A DNA stretch of 64,000 nt, taken from NCBI GenBank assembly GCA_030390025.1, contig CM059425.1:166100001-166164000 (forward strand), written 5' to 3'. The position numbers were made by a program, and so were the translations under genes. Source of the stretch: Squalus acanthias (Eukaryota). Below the pieces are notes generated by a model, which was not told the DNA's origin, did no database searches, and worked only from the letters and a program-made list of their open reading frames with translations. Of this stretch, positions 1 through 11,800 are shown piece by piece. Each line of letters opens with the position of its first letter. The first letter of the stretch is position 1.

Positions 1-985
1 CCAAATACACCACATCTACCAGTTCCCCTTTGTCTACTCCACTAGTTACATCCTCAAAAGAACTCCAATAGGTTTGTCAAACAGGATTGCCCTTTCATAA
101 ATCCATGCTGACTCTGCCCAATCTTACTATTAGTTTCTAATGCCCAGTTATTGCATCTTTTATAATAGATTTCAGCATTTTCCCAACTACTAATGAGGCC
201 AACAGGTCTGTAGTTTCCCGTTTTCGCTCTCCCTCCTTTCTTAAATAGCGGGATTACATTTGCTATCCTCCAATCTACAGGAACCGTTCCAAAATTCTAT
301 AGATTCTGGAAGATGACAACCAATGCGTCCACTATCCCAATGGCCACCTCTTTCAAAACCCTAGGATGTAGGTCATCCGGTCCTTGGGATTTATTGACTT
401 TTAGTCCCATTAATTTTGCTAGTACTGTTTTTTTTATTAATAATAATTTCTTTAAGTTTCTCATTCTCGCATTTCTGGGAGGTTTTTTGTGTCTTCCTCC
501 GTGAAGACAGAAACAAAGTATTTATTTAATTTCTCTGCCATTTCCTCATTCCCCATTATAAATTCTCCCGTCTGACTGTAAAGGACCTACATTTACCTTT
601 GCCAGTCTTTTCCTTTTCACATACCTATAGAAGCTTTTACAATCCGTTTTTATATTTTTCGCTAGTTTGTGCTCATATTCCATTTTCCTTTCTTTATCAA
701 TTTCTTGGTCCCCCTTTGCTGATTTCTAAAAAGATCCCAATCCTCAGGCTGACCGCTTTTTCTGGCAACTTTATAAGCTACCTCCTTTGACTTAATACTA
801 GCTTTAATTTATTTTGTTAGCCATGGTTGGATCACTTTTCCTTTTGGGTTTTTATGCCCTAGAGGAATATATGTTTGTTGCAAATTATGCATTATTTCCT
901 TGAATGTTAGCCATTGTATGTCCACCTTCATACCTTTTAGTGTAGTCTCCCAATCTACCATGGCCAACTTGTCCGCTAACTATAC
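1..985 (-). mobile_element. CR1 LINE ORF2 fragment (decayed)
   Basis: Close similarity to the CR1 ORF2 segment at about 12250-13200 (NYRPV and HGFMKG-SCL coding regions on minus). Confidence 0.85.
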
Positions 986-2218
986 CAGGATCAACCTGAA
1001 AAGCAAAGTTAACCTCTTGCTTCTTTTCTCCACTACCAACGGTCTCTATAAGCACCTCTCCACTGCGCCCTCCAACCTCACCTTCAATAAGAGCGAGGAG
1101 CTCATGGACCTTTTTGTCACTAAAATTGAGAGAATCCATTTAGTTCCCTCCATTGCAGCCCCCTTCCTCTTGCCCACCAAGCCCAATCTCCCCCCCCCCT
1201 CCCGCCCTAGTGCTGAATGCATGTCTTTCTCTAGTTTATCTCCCATCGTCCCTCATACCCTAAGTTCATAAGTTCATCTTGGCCATGAGGTCTTGTCTGA
1301 TCCCTTGACCCCATTTGCCACTGATTACTCAACTTCCCTTCCCGACACCCACACTAGCCAACATTGTAAATGGACCCCATCCTCTGGTGCGGTATCCCTC
1401 CCTTTCATCACCATCACCTGCCCCCCCCCCACCCCCCCCCCCACCTAAACCCCCATAGTCATTGCAAACTACTGCCTCACCTTCAACCTCCCTTTCCTCG
1501 CCAAAATCCTTGAGCACGTAACCCTCCAAATCTGTGCCAATCTTTCCTGTAACTGCAAAGTCTCAGGTTGAAGCAGATTGTTCGCAGTCTCTGCATCCAA
1601 TTTGACCCAAGATCAGCTTCCAACCCAAAGCCCGCCTACTTCCACCTCCATAACATCGCCCGTCTCTGCCCATTCCTCAACTCACCTGTTGCCGAAACCC
1701 TCATTCATGGCTTTGTCACTACCAGGCTTGACTATTCCAATGCTTTCCTGGCTAGCCTCCCATTCTCCATAAACTTCAGCTTATCCAAAACTCTTCTACC
1801 CATATCCTATCCTGCATACACCCTTAACCCCTATGCACGCTGAGGTACAGTGGCTCCCGGTTCCCCAACATCTCAGATTTAAAATTCTCTATGTTTAAAT
1901 CTCTTCAAGGCCTCACTCCTCCCTACCTAAGTAACCTCCTCCAGCCCTACAACCCGCTCAGAACTCTGCAATCCTCCAACTCTGCCCTATTGCGCATTCC
2001 CTACTCCCTTCACCTCACCATTGTTTGCTATGCCTTCAGCCGTCTAGACTCTACGCTCTTGAATTCCCTCCAGAAACTTCTGCCTCTCCACCTCATTCTC
2101 CCCCTTTAATACATTCCTTAGGCTCAGTATCGACTTTTGTCTGATTACGCTTCTGTGAAATGCCTTGGGAGGTTTTTCTACATTAAAAGCACCATATCAA
2201 TGTAAGTTGTGGTTGTTG
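985..2218 (+). mobile_element. L2 LINE remnant with 3' tail
   Basis: ORF pieces EELMDLFVTKIERI and YFHLHNIARLCPFL...ETLIHGFVTTRLDYSNAFL are typical of L2 ORF2. The tail ends atgtaagttgtggttgttg. Confidence 0.85.
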
Positions 2219-3089
2219 AGTTAACTTATCTTTGCAGTTGAAACACTAATTGGATTCCTCGAAATTACTTGTCTAGAAGAACAGGATTGGGATGGGCTGT
2301 CATGCCCGACATGGTCAATTATCCCACCAATACTCGTTATCTAGGCTCACACGTGACAAGTAGTCGTTTGGCCAATGTATCAGGGTTGCCAGTCCCCATG
2401 AAACTATACCCATGCAAGAATCCATGCTTTCAGAAGGGGAGAAAAGTAGAAAAATAAATAGTTGGATAGAAGTCCAATCCAACCATAGAATAGGAGATGA
2501 CCTCTTGAGGCTGACCTTAACTGACGTGCAACTGTCATTCTTGATTCAGTGCATCCTACTTTGGGGATTTAAAAAAAAAATCAAGTTGGGGCAAGGCATT
2601 ACAGACAAGGTTTTTGGTCATTTCTATAGAAGACTAATGCATTGTTGGTGAACACTGAATTGGACTTTAGATCTTCACTGATCAGGCAATCATGCTTTGT
2701 CTTGGCAGAAATTGTTTATTTAATCAAGCTTGTATTCCATTCATTGGCACACAAATACTACTACCCTATGTAGTATGAATGAATGTACATATAACCAGGA
2801 TTGCTATTTCTGCTATGCTTTATATTAAACTATGAAAAATCAATCACTATCATTTTGTCTGTGACAGTTGCTTCAACTGATTACTGTAGTGATTGAGCAG
2901 CCATAATAATTTATTGAGCTGGTCGTTTCAACATTCGGACAGGCTCAGGTCTGAGGTATCCAAATATTCAATTAACTATTTAAATAAATAATTGCCCTGA
3001 TAGGATTGAATTCTGCAGAGTGTAGGATATAAAATTGCCATTTTCAATACTGGACATGGCGAGATGATAATATTTCTCCAAAAATTAAT

Positions 3090-3330
3090 GCCTTCGCCCC
3101 ACCATTGGCAGCTGTGCCTTCGGCCATTTAGGCCCCAAGCTCTAGAATTCCCTCCCCAAACCTCTGCCTCTCCGCCTTTAAAACCTACCTCTTTGCCTAA
3201 GCCTTCGGTCACCTGTACTCTTTTGTGGCTCGGTGTCAGGTTTTGCCTAATTATACTCCGGTAAAGCTCCTTGGGACGTTTCAATACTTTAAAAGCACTA
3301 TAAAAATGCAAGTTATTGTTTTTGCTGTTT
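3090..3330 (+). mobile_element. L2 3' end / L2-tailed SINE fragment
   Basis: Shares the L2 3' end seen at about 2030-2218 and 31690-32270 (cttgggacgttt...ctatataaatgcaagtt-like). Confidence 0.7.
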
Positions 3331-3494
3331 AACACCTTGTCAATCGACACTCTTACATCACATGCAAATATTCATATAATTTTATACTGACAATTAATGT
3401 TGCACCTTCAACAATACATAGTCATTTTCATCATCAACTTACCCAAATCAACACAGTATTTTTAATGACAGACAACAAAGGGAAAAAAAAGGAT

Positions 3495-4320
3495 CTCCCT
3501 TCACACAGCAGTGCGAAATAGCGAGCATTTCACAAGTGTAGGGAGTCATCAGACCTCATTACTGGCTGTGGCATGTGACTGTTCATAATGACAGTGAACT
3601 AACAGCGTTCGCAGTCATGCTGCCTTTGAAACTGACCGCAACTTCGGGATTTGGCGCATGAGCAAATCTTGGAGTTGCGGTCCGTCATTCACTGCTCTGA
3701 AACAAGCTGTGCTGTGCCCCCCACCCCCGAGCCGGCAATCTGTGTAACCAGTCAAATCAGGCAAACTGACCAAATCTTCGGCTCTTCCCCAGTAATTACG
3801 CTGTTAAATAATCCACTAAAAGTTAGACCCAAAGGGATTCGGTGTAACTGGAGTTTTAACAGCGTATTGACTGCTAAACAAAGGTTATGGTTCTGAAAAA
3901 CTAATTTTAATTTTGTTCAGTGAGAAATTTATCCATTTTAAAAAATATTTAAGACTTTTTTTTTAAGTTATGTTTCTTAATTTAAGTTTGTTCATCTTTA
4001 TTTCAGGTTTGCCTTTTCCCCATGAGAGCCCCAATCCTTGTTTTGCCCTCTAACATTTCTAAAAAGTTAGAATTTTAAGAGCTTACCCATTTCCTTGTTT
4101 GCAGTCTATGAGAATTCTGTATTTTGATTGGCTGCTTAGGCAGCCTGTTGACATCACACCAGCTTGCACAAGGGGATCCCCACTAAACTCCGCTGATTTG
4201 AATTGAACTTTGGAAAACCGCAAACTGCTCGACACGGAGATCGCAAGATCTTTGTGCGAAGCGTGCTTTGGGGCCAGCGGCAAACGCCTTCGCTTCGCCA
4301 CTGACCGCAAATTCCGGGCC
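3495..4320. mobile_element. Non-autonomous Harbinger-type DNA element (one terminus visible)
   Basis: Right end aaattccgggcc resembles the GGCCC..AATT termini of other elements here. GC-rich subterminal regions flank an AT-rich core. The left end is unclear. Confidence 0.5.
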
Positions 4321-5124
4321 AAAATAACAATGGATACCCAAGAGTGAATACAAAGCAGCGTTCTCATTGTAGAGTTCACACAGCATACGTGAGCAAAACT
4401 TTGGTGGTTTGCTCCTGTCATGCCCAATCCAAGGTGAAATGGCACCTCACAAAACACTAAAGGTATATTTGCTACAAAATTCATGGGGATGTTTTATTCA
4501 TATTTTGATAATTCAGTTAACACCACTTAAAGATTTATTAACTGTGACATAATGCAAGTTTATCAAGTAATAAAACAGCAGCTGATTACCAGGTAAAAAC
4601 ACAAAATATGTATTTTTACATACATTTTACATTTCAGGATATCTTGCAAGCAGACTTATTTTGATAGTTCTTGAATTCCTAGATCGCACTCTAAATAGTT
4701 GGGAAGTAAAACACAAACAGGCACGACCTCCCCGACTGGTTACTTGCTTATATGCACACTCTAGCCCACGGTTTACTTGGGACTAAACTCGCAAGTAATT
4801 TGCCACTAGTTTCCTCATGAAATACACTGAAGGCCAAGAATCTAATTTTAGGGTAAACTGTTAAGAGACAGTATTTTAAATTTACCAACCATACAATGCC
4901 ATAGTATTTTACTCTTTACAAAATCCTAATTACAGTTCAACAGCCATTCCAGTGATCTATGTGTCATAAAGTTCTTCTACTGGTAATCTCCTCCTTTGTC
5001 AGAGCAATCCTTTAAAATTAGTATCTCATCCCTATAAAGAAGCAACACACCACAAGATTTTGCTTTCGTTGGTGATCAAAGACAGAACAGATGAGGGATG
5101 CCAAATGGCCTATCCTAGCTCATC

Positions 5125-5254
5125 CATCCAGACAAAAGCACCACCATCACCGCATCATCCAGACAAAAGCACCACCATCACCGCATCATCCAGACAAAAG
5201 CACCACCATCACCGCATCATCCAGACAAAAGCACCACCATCACCGCATCATCCA
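5125..5254. repeat. Perfect 31-bp minisatellite, 4 copies + 6 nt
   Basis: CATCCAGACAAAAGCACCACCATCACCGCAT starts at 5125, 5156, 5187 and 5218. It is embedded in an old minus-strand CR1 3' remnant (about 5090-5390). Confidence 0.95.
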
Positions 5255-6049
5255 ACTACTAAAATTATTCCAAGGCTTTTGTCTCCACTGCTGTACCCAG
5301 AATTCTATTCCGTCACTCTGGGAAGAACTTCCTGACATTAGTCCGACATTTGCCAGTTTGAACCTGTGCTCCCTTGTCCTGTCAGTTTAACTTGAGATTG
5401 TATCTGCTGCTTTGTAGTCTCCATATACTGTAAATGCAAAGAAACCTCCAGGAAAAATAGCAGTTCCCTGAAACATCAACCACTTCTGATCTACTTGCCC
5501 TGGACCAGCATTGATAATCTAACTCCTAGCTCTGTAATTACTAAAAACTGGGCAAAGAGCACTAAATATCTCCCCATGAAAAAGTACTCTCATTTCTACA
5601 GGTGAGGTAGATCAACAGCTTGCAAGTAATGAAGTCAAAAGTAAATTATAGCCAGATTATTAAGAGGGGGGTGGAACACATTTGAGGGTAGCAAAGAATA
5701 CTCGATTTATTACAATTTTTTATGGTTTTCAGAGATATGGGTAAGCTGACAAAGCAGAGAAAATTACTAAAAATGAGCCAATGAAGTATGGAAAATATTT
5801 TCATAGATGGCACTTTGTACAATAAGTAGATATAACATGTCCTGACCAAAATACCTTTAAACCTTATGAATACTTACTTGCACATTTAAAGTCACTCAGG
5901 CTGTGTCAACCAAGTAACAAAGTCCTATTGAGTAAGCCAATTAGATACAAACAATACAATTTTCTGGTTCAACATGTGGTCACGGAGCAACACATCAACA
6001 CTGTACTGAGTGAAACAAATTAAGAGTAGTTTCCCCGAAGGCCACTAAA

Positions 6050-6115
6050 TGCTGCAGTTAGTTGAAGACTGGTCTTTCACCACTGGGGCCTGGGTTCAAA
6101 TCCAATCCAGCCTAA
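6050..6115 (+). mobile_element. tRNA-derived SINE head remnant
   Basis: B-box-like GGTTCAAATCC preceded by a degenerate A-box region. No complete cloverleaf. Confidence 0.4.
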
Positions 6116-6344
6116 AATGATCAGGATCTGGTGAAATGAGTTTGGGCCATTAGTAGCCTGCAGCACAAAAATATCCTAATTCAACACTGGTGGCTGGTGT
6201 GGGAAATGTGAAAAAACATCACACTGGTACAGCACGGGGTACTCTTCTGAGTTGTGTTGAAACAACATTGTTGGGGAAGAGCAGAGGAAACTGCATCCGA
6301 TTGTGCTGTACCTAACCTGACCGGGGAATGCTTGATTGTGACAC

Positions 6345-6958
6345 TGGGGCCAGAAATTTTTCGGGAGGCGGGTTGGGGGCTAGGAAGCGGTAAGGAAACC
6401 CGGGAGAACGGATTTTCTGCAGGCCCCGCCGAATTTAACGGCAGGGCCCAATTTGCATTTGAAACCTGTTTCCCACCTGCAGCCAGCCAAATGGAGAGGC
6501 TGTGGGAGGGTAGGCCTGTGGCACTGTGCCACAGAGAGAAGGGAGGGAGCAACTGGATGGGGGCCAAGGGGTAGTCGGGTGCCGGGGTGGGAAAGAGAGG
6601 AGAGAGAACATCGGGGCACTTGGGGTGGGTGGGGTTCTCCGATCATAGTGGGTGGATTAGGCAGGGACGCTGGATCCAGCAGTCCTTGCCTTCCATTGGC
6701 TGGCAGGTTTCCCAAGGCCTGTGAAAGCCAACCAGCCACAGTTAAATTTAAAATGCTGGTTAAATCTGAGGCACGCCAGCCTCATTATAATATTTAAATG
6801 GCAGACCCGCCTCCTGTGAGCGGGTTGGCTTCCCGCCTCCATTAAAACTGGAAGTGGGCGGGTTGGAGGCGGGTTCTGGTCGGGATTCCGTTTTTTAACA
6901 CTAACTTCCCACCCAACCACAACCAACCCGTCTTTTGGGGTTAAAATACCCCCCCCCC
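6345..6958. mobile_element. Harbinger-type MITE (family shared with 43345-44296)
   Basis: Termini GGGGCCAGAAATT ... AAAATACCCCC. The internal block cctcattataatatttaaat...aaaactggaagtgggcgggttggaggc recurs at about 44115-44225. Confidence 0.7.
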
Positions 6959-7091
6959 CACCACGTTTCTGAAATAGGAAAATCTTCATTCCCCAGCACC
7001 AACATCCCTCATCTTGATTATTTCTAATTCACATAGTTGCTAAGGTTTCTACGAATAGTTACGTCAACCACATATTCAAAAACAATTTTTG

Positions 7092-7923
7092 GGGGGAGAA
7101 ATTCGGTATTGCCCCGTTTGGGGAGCAATTATCGGCCGGGCGCAAAGTTTAGCGCCTGGCGCTAATTATCGCCGCTGACTGCAAACTTGGCCTCTATCGC
7201 CCCTGGAGGTGATTGGAGCGCTAAATCAGGAGCTACACACCTCTCTTAAGGCGCTAACGCCGAGGAGCAAGACGCTACCTCAGAGCGCTGGCGAAGCTCA
7301 TGTGATGTCAGTCAGCAATGGAACACAGACACACTGGCATTGGCCAGTTCTTAAAGGGGAGGGTTGATCTTGCTCTCCATCCACACCTTGCTCATTGCAG
7401 CCTTGAATCTCGGCCTGGAGAGACCTGTACATCAAATCTGCTGGAAAGAACAATGGAGAGGACCAGGGAAAGATGTCAGAGTGCAGCCCCCATAGTCTCT
7501 TCTAAATTGATGCAAGGATGATCAAATCAAAATGAACCTGCAAAGTGCTGCTCAGTACCCAAAACTCCTCAACACAGCGTTGAATATCTCCAGAAGTGTC
7601 TCTCACTCAGAATGCTTGGTGCAAAAGCGTCGCCGGAAAAAAAAAGCAGGAACCGGTCGCCATTAAATAGCGTTCCCCAGTCCCTTCCCGACTGCAAAAC
7701 GCTGCCCTCAACCTGTCTTTGCTAGCGGCAGGCGGTAAGGCAGGGGGCACCACTCAATATCCGGTCCGGGGCGCTACACGCTCGACTGACGTCACGATCT
7801 GCGGGCGCAGGAAATCATGGCAGTAGTGTTTAGCGCCGCCGCAAAATGTCTGGTCAATTTCGCGAGCGGCGCAAACATCTTAAGGCGCTAACGGGAGGCG
7901 CAAACCAACTGAATTTCCCCCCC
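7092..7923. mobile_element. Harbinger MITE, internal-deletion derivative of the 47482-50340 element (inverted orientation)
   Basis: TIRs GGGGGAGAAATT / AATTTCCCCCCC with 3-bp flanks ttg/ctg. Both halves match the reverse complement of the ends of 47482-50340. Confidence 0.9.
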
Positions 7924-8077
7924 CTGGTGTTTAATTGCGATAAAGGCACTATTCTTCAGCGTTAACCTAAAAGCATACACCACTTCCTGATGCAAAGGCA
8001 ATTAATTTTATTTGCTCTGTCAAATCAATGCATACAAGTCTATATAAGCCCCCAATATTCTGCAACATGAAAAATAT

Positions 8078-9640
8078 TGGGCCAAATGTTGCTGTACCAG
8101 GGCATCCAGCAGCATCTGCTGTTAGACTTGCCAATGCACATTTTAATTTTTTGCGCAGCAAGTTGCTGAAAGTGCAAGCTAATCACGTCGCAGCGAGAGA
8201 AACAAGGAATTTGGAACCTAAGTGAACAGGACAAGTGACTGTGTATCTCCTTAACCAATCAGATTGAAGGATTGTGACATTAACAGTGCAAGGACTGCGA
8301 AGGAAGTGTAAATTAGAGTGGATGAATTCAATGTCAAATCAGATAGAGAGAGAAAATGAGGGAAAGGAAGACTGGATTGAGAGAGAGAAAAAAAAGCCAG
8401 AAGGGAAAAGTAAAAAAACTTACCTTTAAAATGTTACATTTTTAAAATCTCCAACAACAATTAGAACCTGAAGGAATGGGGTTCCACACTTGCAAATTGT
8501 TAAGTTTCAGTGCGAAGGTGCTGATTGGTAGTTATTAACACTTATCACATTGTTAAATGGGTATTTAGACTAGAATGGACATGACTTAACTTTCTGTGAC
8601 GAGTTTAGATCACATCTACCACGCAAATACAGAATATAATGTAGATAAATGTGAAGTTATCCACTTTGATAGAAAAAACAGAAAGGCAGAGTATTTCCTA
8701 AATGGTGAAAGATTGGGGAATGCAGATGCTCAAAGGGACCTGGGTGTCCTTGTACATGAGTCACTGAAAGTGAATGTGCAGGTGCAGCAAGCCATTCGGA
8801 AGGCAAATGGTATGCTGGCCTTCATTACAAGAGGATTTGAGTACAGGAGTAAAGAAGTCTTACTCCAATTATATAGGGCCTTGGTGAGACCACACCTGGA
8901 GTACGGTGTACAATTTTGGTCTCCTTACCTAAGGAAGGATATACTTGCCATAGAGGGAGTGCAACGAAGGTTCACAAGATTGATTCCTGGGATGTCGTAT
9001 GAGAAGAGATTGAGTAAACTAGGCCTGTATTCTCTTGCATTCAGAAGAATGAGAGGGGACCTCATTGAAGCATACAAACTTATTACAGGGCTTGATAGGA
9101 TGGATGCTGGGAGAATGTTTCCCTTGGCTGGGAAGTCTTGAACCAGGGGCCACAGCCTCAAGATAAAGGGTAGGCCATTCAGGACTGAGATGAGAAGAAA
9201 TTTCTTCACACAGAGGGTGGTGAATCTTTGGAATTCTCTACCCCAGAGGGCTGTGGAGGCTCAGTCATTGGGTATATTCAAAACAGAAGTCGATAGATTT
9301 CTGACTAGTAAGGGCATCAAGGGATATGGCGATAGGGCCGGTGAATGGAGTGGAGGTAGAAGATCAGCCATGATCTCATTGAATGGCGGAGCAGGCTCGA
9401 AGGGCCGAATGGCCTACTCCTGCTCCTATTTCTTATGTTCTTATGTTCACGTCATTCAATGCATTTCAATGGTGAGCCAGACGGCGAGATGCCATTTTCG
9501 CATAGCTACCGGCATAGCAGCACATCTCAGACTGAAACTTTTTGATATCGGAGTTTAACCGCGCATCTGCCCCTCGTCTGAAATCGCTGCACCATTTGCG
9601 CATAAATAATGGAGAGCGCCATTAGCCATTGTATAGCGAT
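8078..9640. mobile_element. Degenerate Harbinger-type non-autonomous element split by a CR1 insertion
   Basis: Left end GGGCCAAATGTT and architecture like 3495-4320. Appears to resume after the CR1 tail at about 9447. Right end unclear. Confidence 0.4.
8630..9447 (+). mobile_element. CR1 LINE, 5'-truncated
   Basis: KCEVIHF...RDLGVLV...LYRALVRPHLEY...RRMRGDLIE...FFTQRVVNLWNSLP, followed by the 3' UTR and a (TTCTTATG)n tail. Confidence 0.95.
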
Positions 9641-10499
9641 CAACAAGGTTTAAAAATATTTACATCTTCCTAGTTAATGTCTTGTTAAACAAAAACAATC
9701 TGCAATTGATCTATTCATCATTAATAGCCATACGTGAGTAAACATTTAACTGCATGCTGGGTAATAAAAACCTGGGAGAGTTGCCAAAGTGTAGACTTCA
9801 AATAAAAAACGATGTTTATGAGATGTGTACAAAAGGTTACTTAACTGCAGAGGCAGAAATTTCTTTGCAACAAATTTGGAATTTCTGTGGATAAGCATCA
9901 GAAGCAATACAGTCTCAATTCAGCATTTTGCATCATTTGTATTCATCCGTCTCCCTCATTTAACTTTATTCCCAATAGAATTGGGTGTTCTCCAATAGCT
10001 ACTGGATTTCAATAGTAGGCTGAATGAGTGTGAGTAGAGGGCACAATAGCTAGGGAATTAATATAGTCACTGGAATTCTCTAGTTCCCAATAAAACTTTT
10101 GACCACTGATCCATTTTCTAAAGTGTAAACTGTGATATGCAATGAATTTAACTTCTATTTAGAAAAGTCATGTTGGGGCAAAGTTATCACAAGTATCTGC
10201 AACTTTAAGGAATTAAATTAGCATTCCAAAAATGTTCAAAATGGATCCCAAAAATAGCTGAAATGTACTGATGGACTGAGACACGGATTAAGCTAGAAAC
10301 AAAACCACAGAGTTGCAAGTTAACAGCGCCACTGGTCTGCAATTAAAGAAAACACTGGACCGTCAACCTGATAGAGACCAACAACAGCCTTACTGCACAT
10401 CAGTTTGAAGCAATTTGCAAAAAGATTGACAATGAGTGGTATGAGAGAGAGCACAGCAGAACAATCTGGTGCTGCTGCTGGAATGCACTGGTCCATTAC

Positions 10500-10840
10500 A
10501 CCAGTAACAATACTGCTGTCACTAATCTACAGGTCTCTAGGTCACAAGGTTGTGGGCTTGAGTCACGAATCACGACTTGTGCTCATAATCTTGCGGACAC
10601 TTTAATGCAGCAGGTGAGTGAATCCTACATTGTTCCAAGTACTATCCTCCAGCTGTCTCTGGCAGTGGATGTTGAGGTGTTATTTAAAAAGGAGCAGGAA
10701 ATCCTCCTGGCATCCTTGCCAACATTCCTTTCTCAATGAGTATCACAAAAAACAAATTAACAGGCCATTCATCTCGTGTTTGTGGGACTTTACTGGTACA
10801 GAATGGTTGCCATATTTGCCTATATAATAGTTACTGTATT
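10500..10840 (+). mobile_element. Old SINE remnant (Deu/AmnSINE-like)
   Basis: Degenerate tRNA-like head and core resembling recalled shark Deu-SINEs. Truncated by the CR1 tail at 10841. Confidence 0.4.
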
Positions 10841-11582
10841 AAGAACATAATAAGAGCAGGAGTAGGCCATATGGCCCCTCGAGCCTGCTCCGCCATTCAA
10901 TAAGATCATGGCTGATCATTGACCTCAACTCCACTTTCACACCCGATCTCCATATCCCTTGATTCCCCATGAGTCCAAAAATCTATCTATCTCAGCCTTG
11001 AATATAATCAAAGACTCAGCATTCACAGCCCTGTGGGGCAGAGAATTCCAAAGATTCACAACCCTCAGAGTGAAGAAATTCCTCCTCATCTCAGTCTTAA
11101 ATAGCCTACCCCTTATCCTGAGACTATGCCCACTAATTCTAGACACTCTAGCCAGGGGAAACAACCTCTCAGCATCTACCCTGTCAATCCCCTTCAGAAT
11201 CTTGTATGTTTCAATGAGATCACCTCTCATTCTTCTAAACTCGAGAGAGTATAGACCCATTCTACACAATCTCTCATCATAGGACAGCCCTCTCATCTCA
11301 GGAATCAATCTTGTGAACCTTCGTTGCACCACCTCCAAGGCAAGTACATCCTTCCTTAGGTAAGACCACCAAAGCTGTGTACAGTACTCCAGGTGTGGTC
11401 TCACCAAGGCCCTGTACAATTGTAGCAAGACTTCCTTACTCTTATACTCCAACTCCCTTGCAATAAAGGCCAGCATGCCATTTGCCTTCCTTATTGCTTG
11501 CTGTACCTGCATGCTAGCTTTGTGTGTTTCTTGCGCGAGGACACCCAAATCTCTCTGAACGCCAACATTTAAAAGCTTCTCA

Positions 11583-11800
11583 ATAGCAAAATACTGCGGA
11601 TGCTGGAAATCTGAAATAACAGAAAATGCTGGAAGCACTCAGCAGGCCAGGCAGCATCCGTGGAGAGAGAAACAGAGTTAACATTTCAGGTCTGTGACCC
11701 TTCATCAGAACTGGAAAAGGTTAGAGATGTAACAGATTAATAACAGAAAATGCTGGAAGCACTCAGCAGGCCAGGAGTGCTTCCAGCATTTTCTGTTGTA
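11583..11800 (-). mobile_element. Penelope-like pLTR fragment inserted in CR1
   Basis: Same family as 25560-25780. Degenerate 16-bp TSD atttaaaagcttctca (11567-11582) / atttgaaagttcctca (11801-11816). Short terminal inversion near 11740-11800. Confidence 0.8.
11676..11712 (-). ncRNA. Minimal hammerhead ribozyme motif (sense to CHD1)
   Basis: Minus strand AGUU-CUGAUGA-A-GGGUC-ACA-GACCU-GAAA-UG-UU-AACU gives stem I AGUU/AACU, stem II GGGUC/GACCU and both core boxes. Activity untested. Confidence 0.65.

Noticed and set aside
5060..5390. His-rich ORFs (RQKHHHHRIIQ repeats)
   Set aside because: They are translations of the 31-bp minisatellite, which cycles through all three frames. No gene context.
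6050..6115. tRNA gene
   Set aside because: A B-box is present but there is no acceptor stem or cloverleaf. Better explained as a SINE head.
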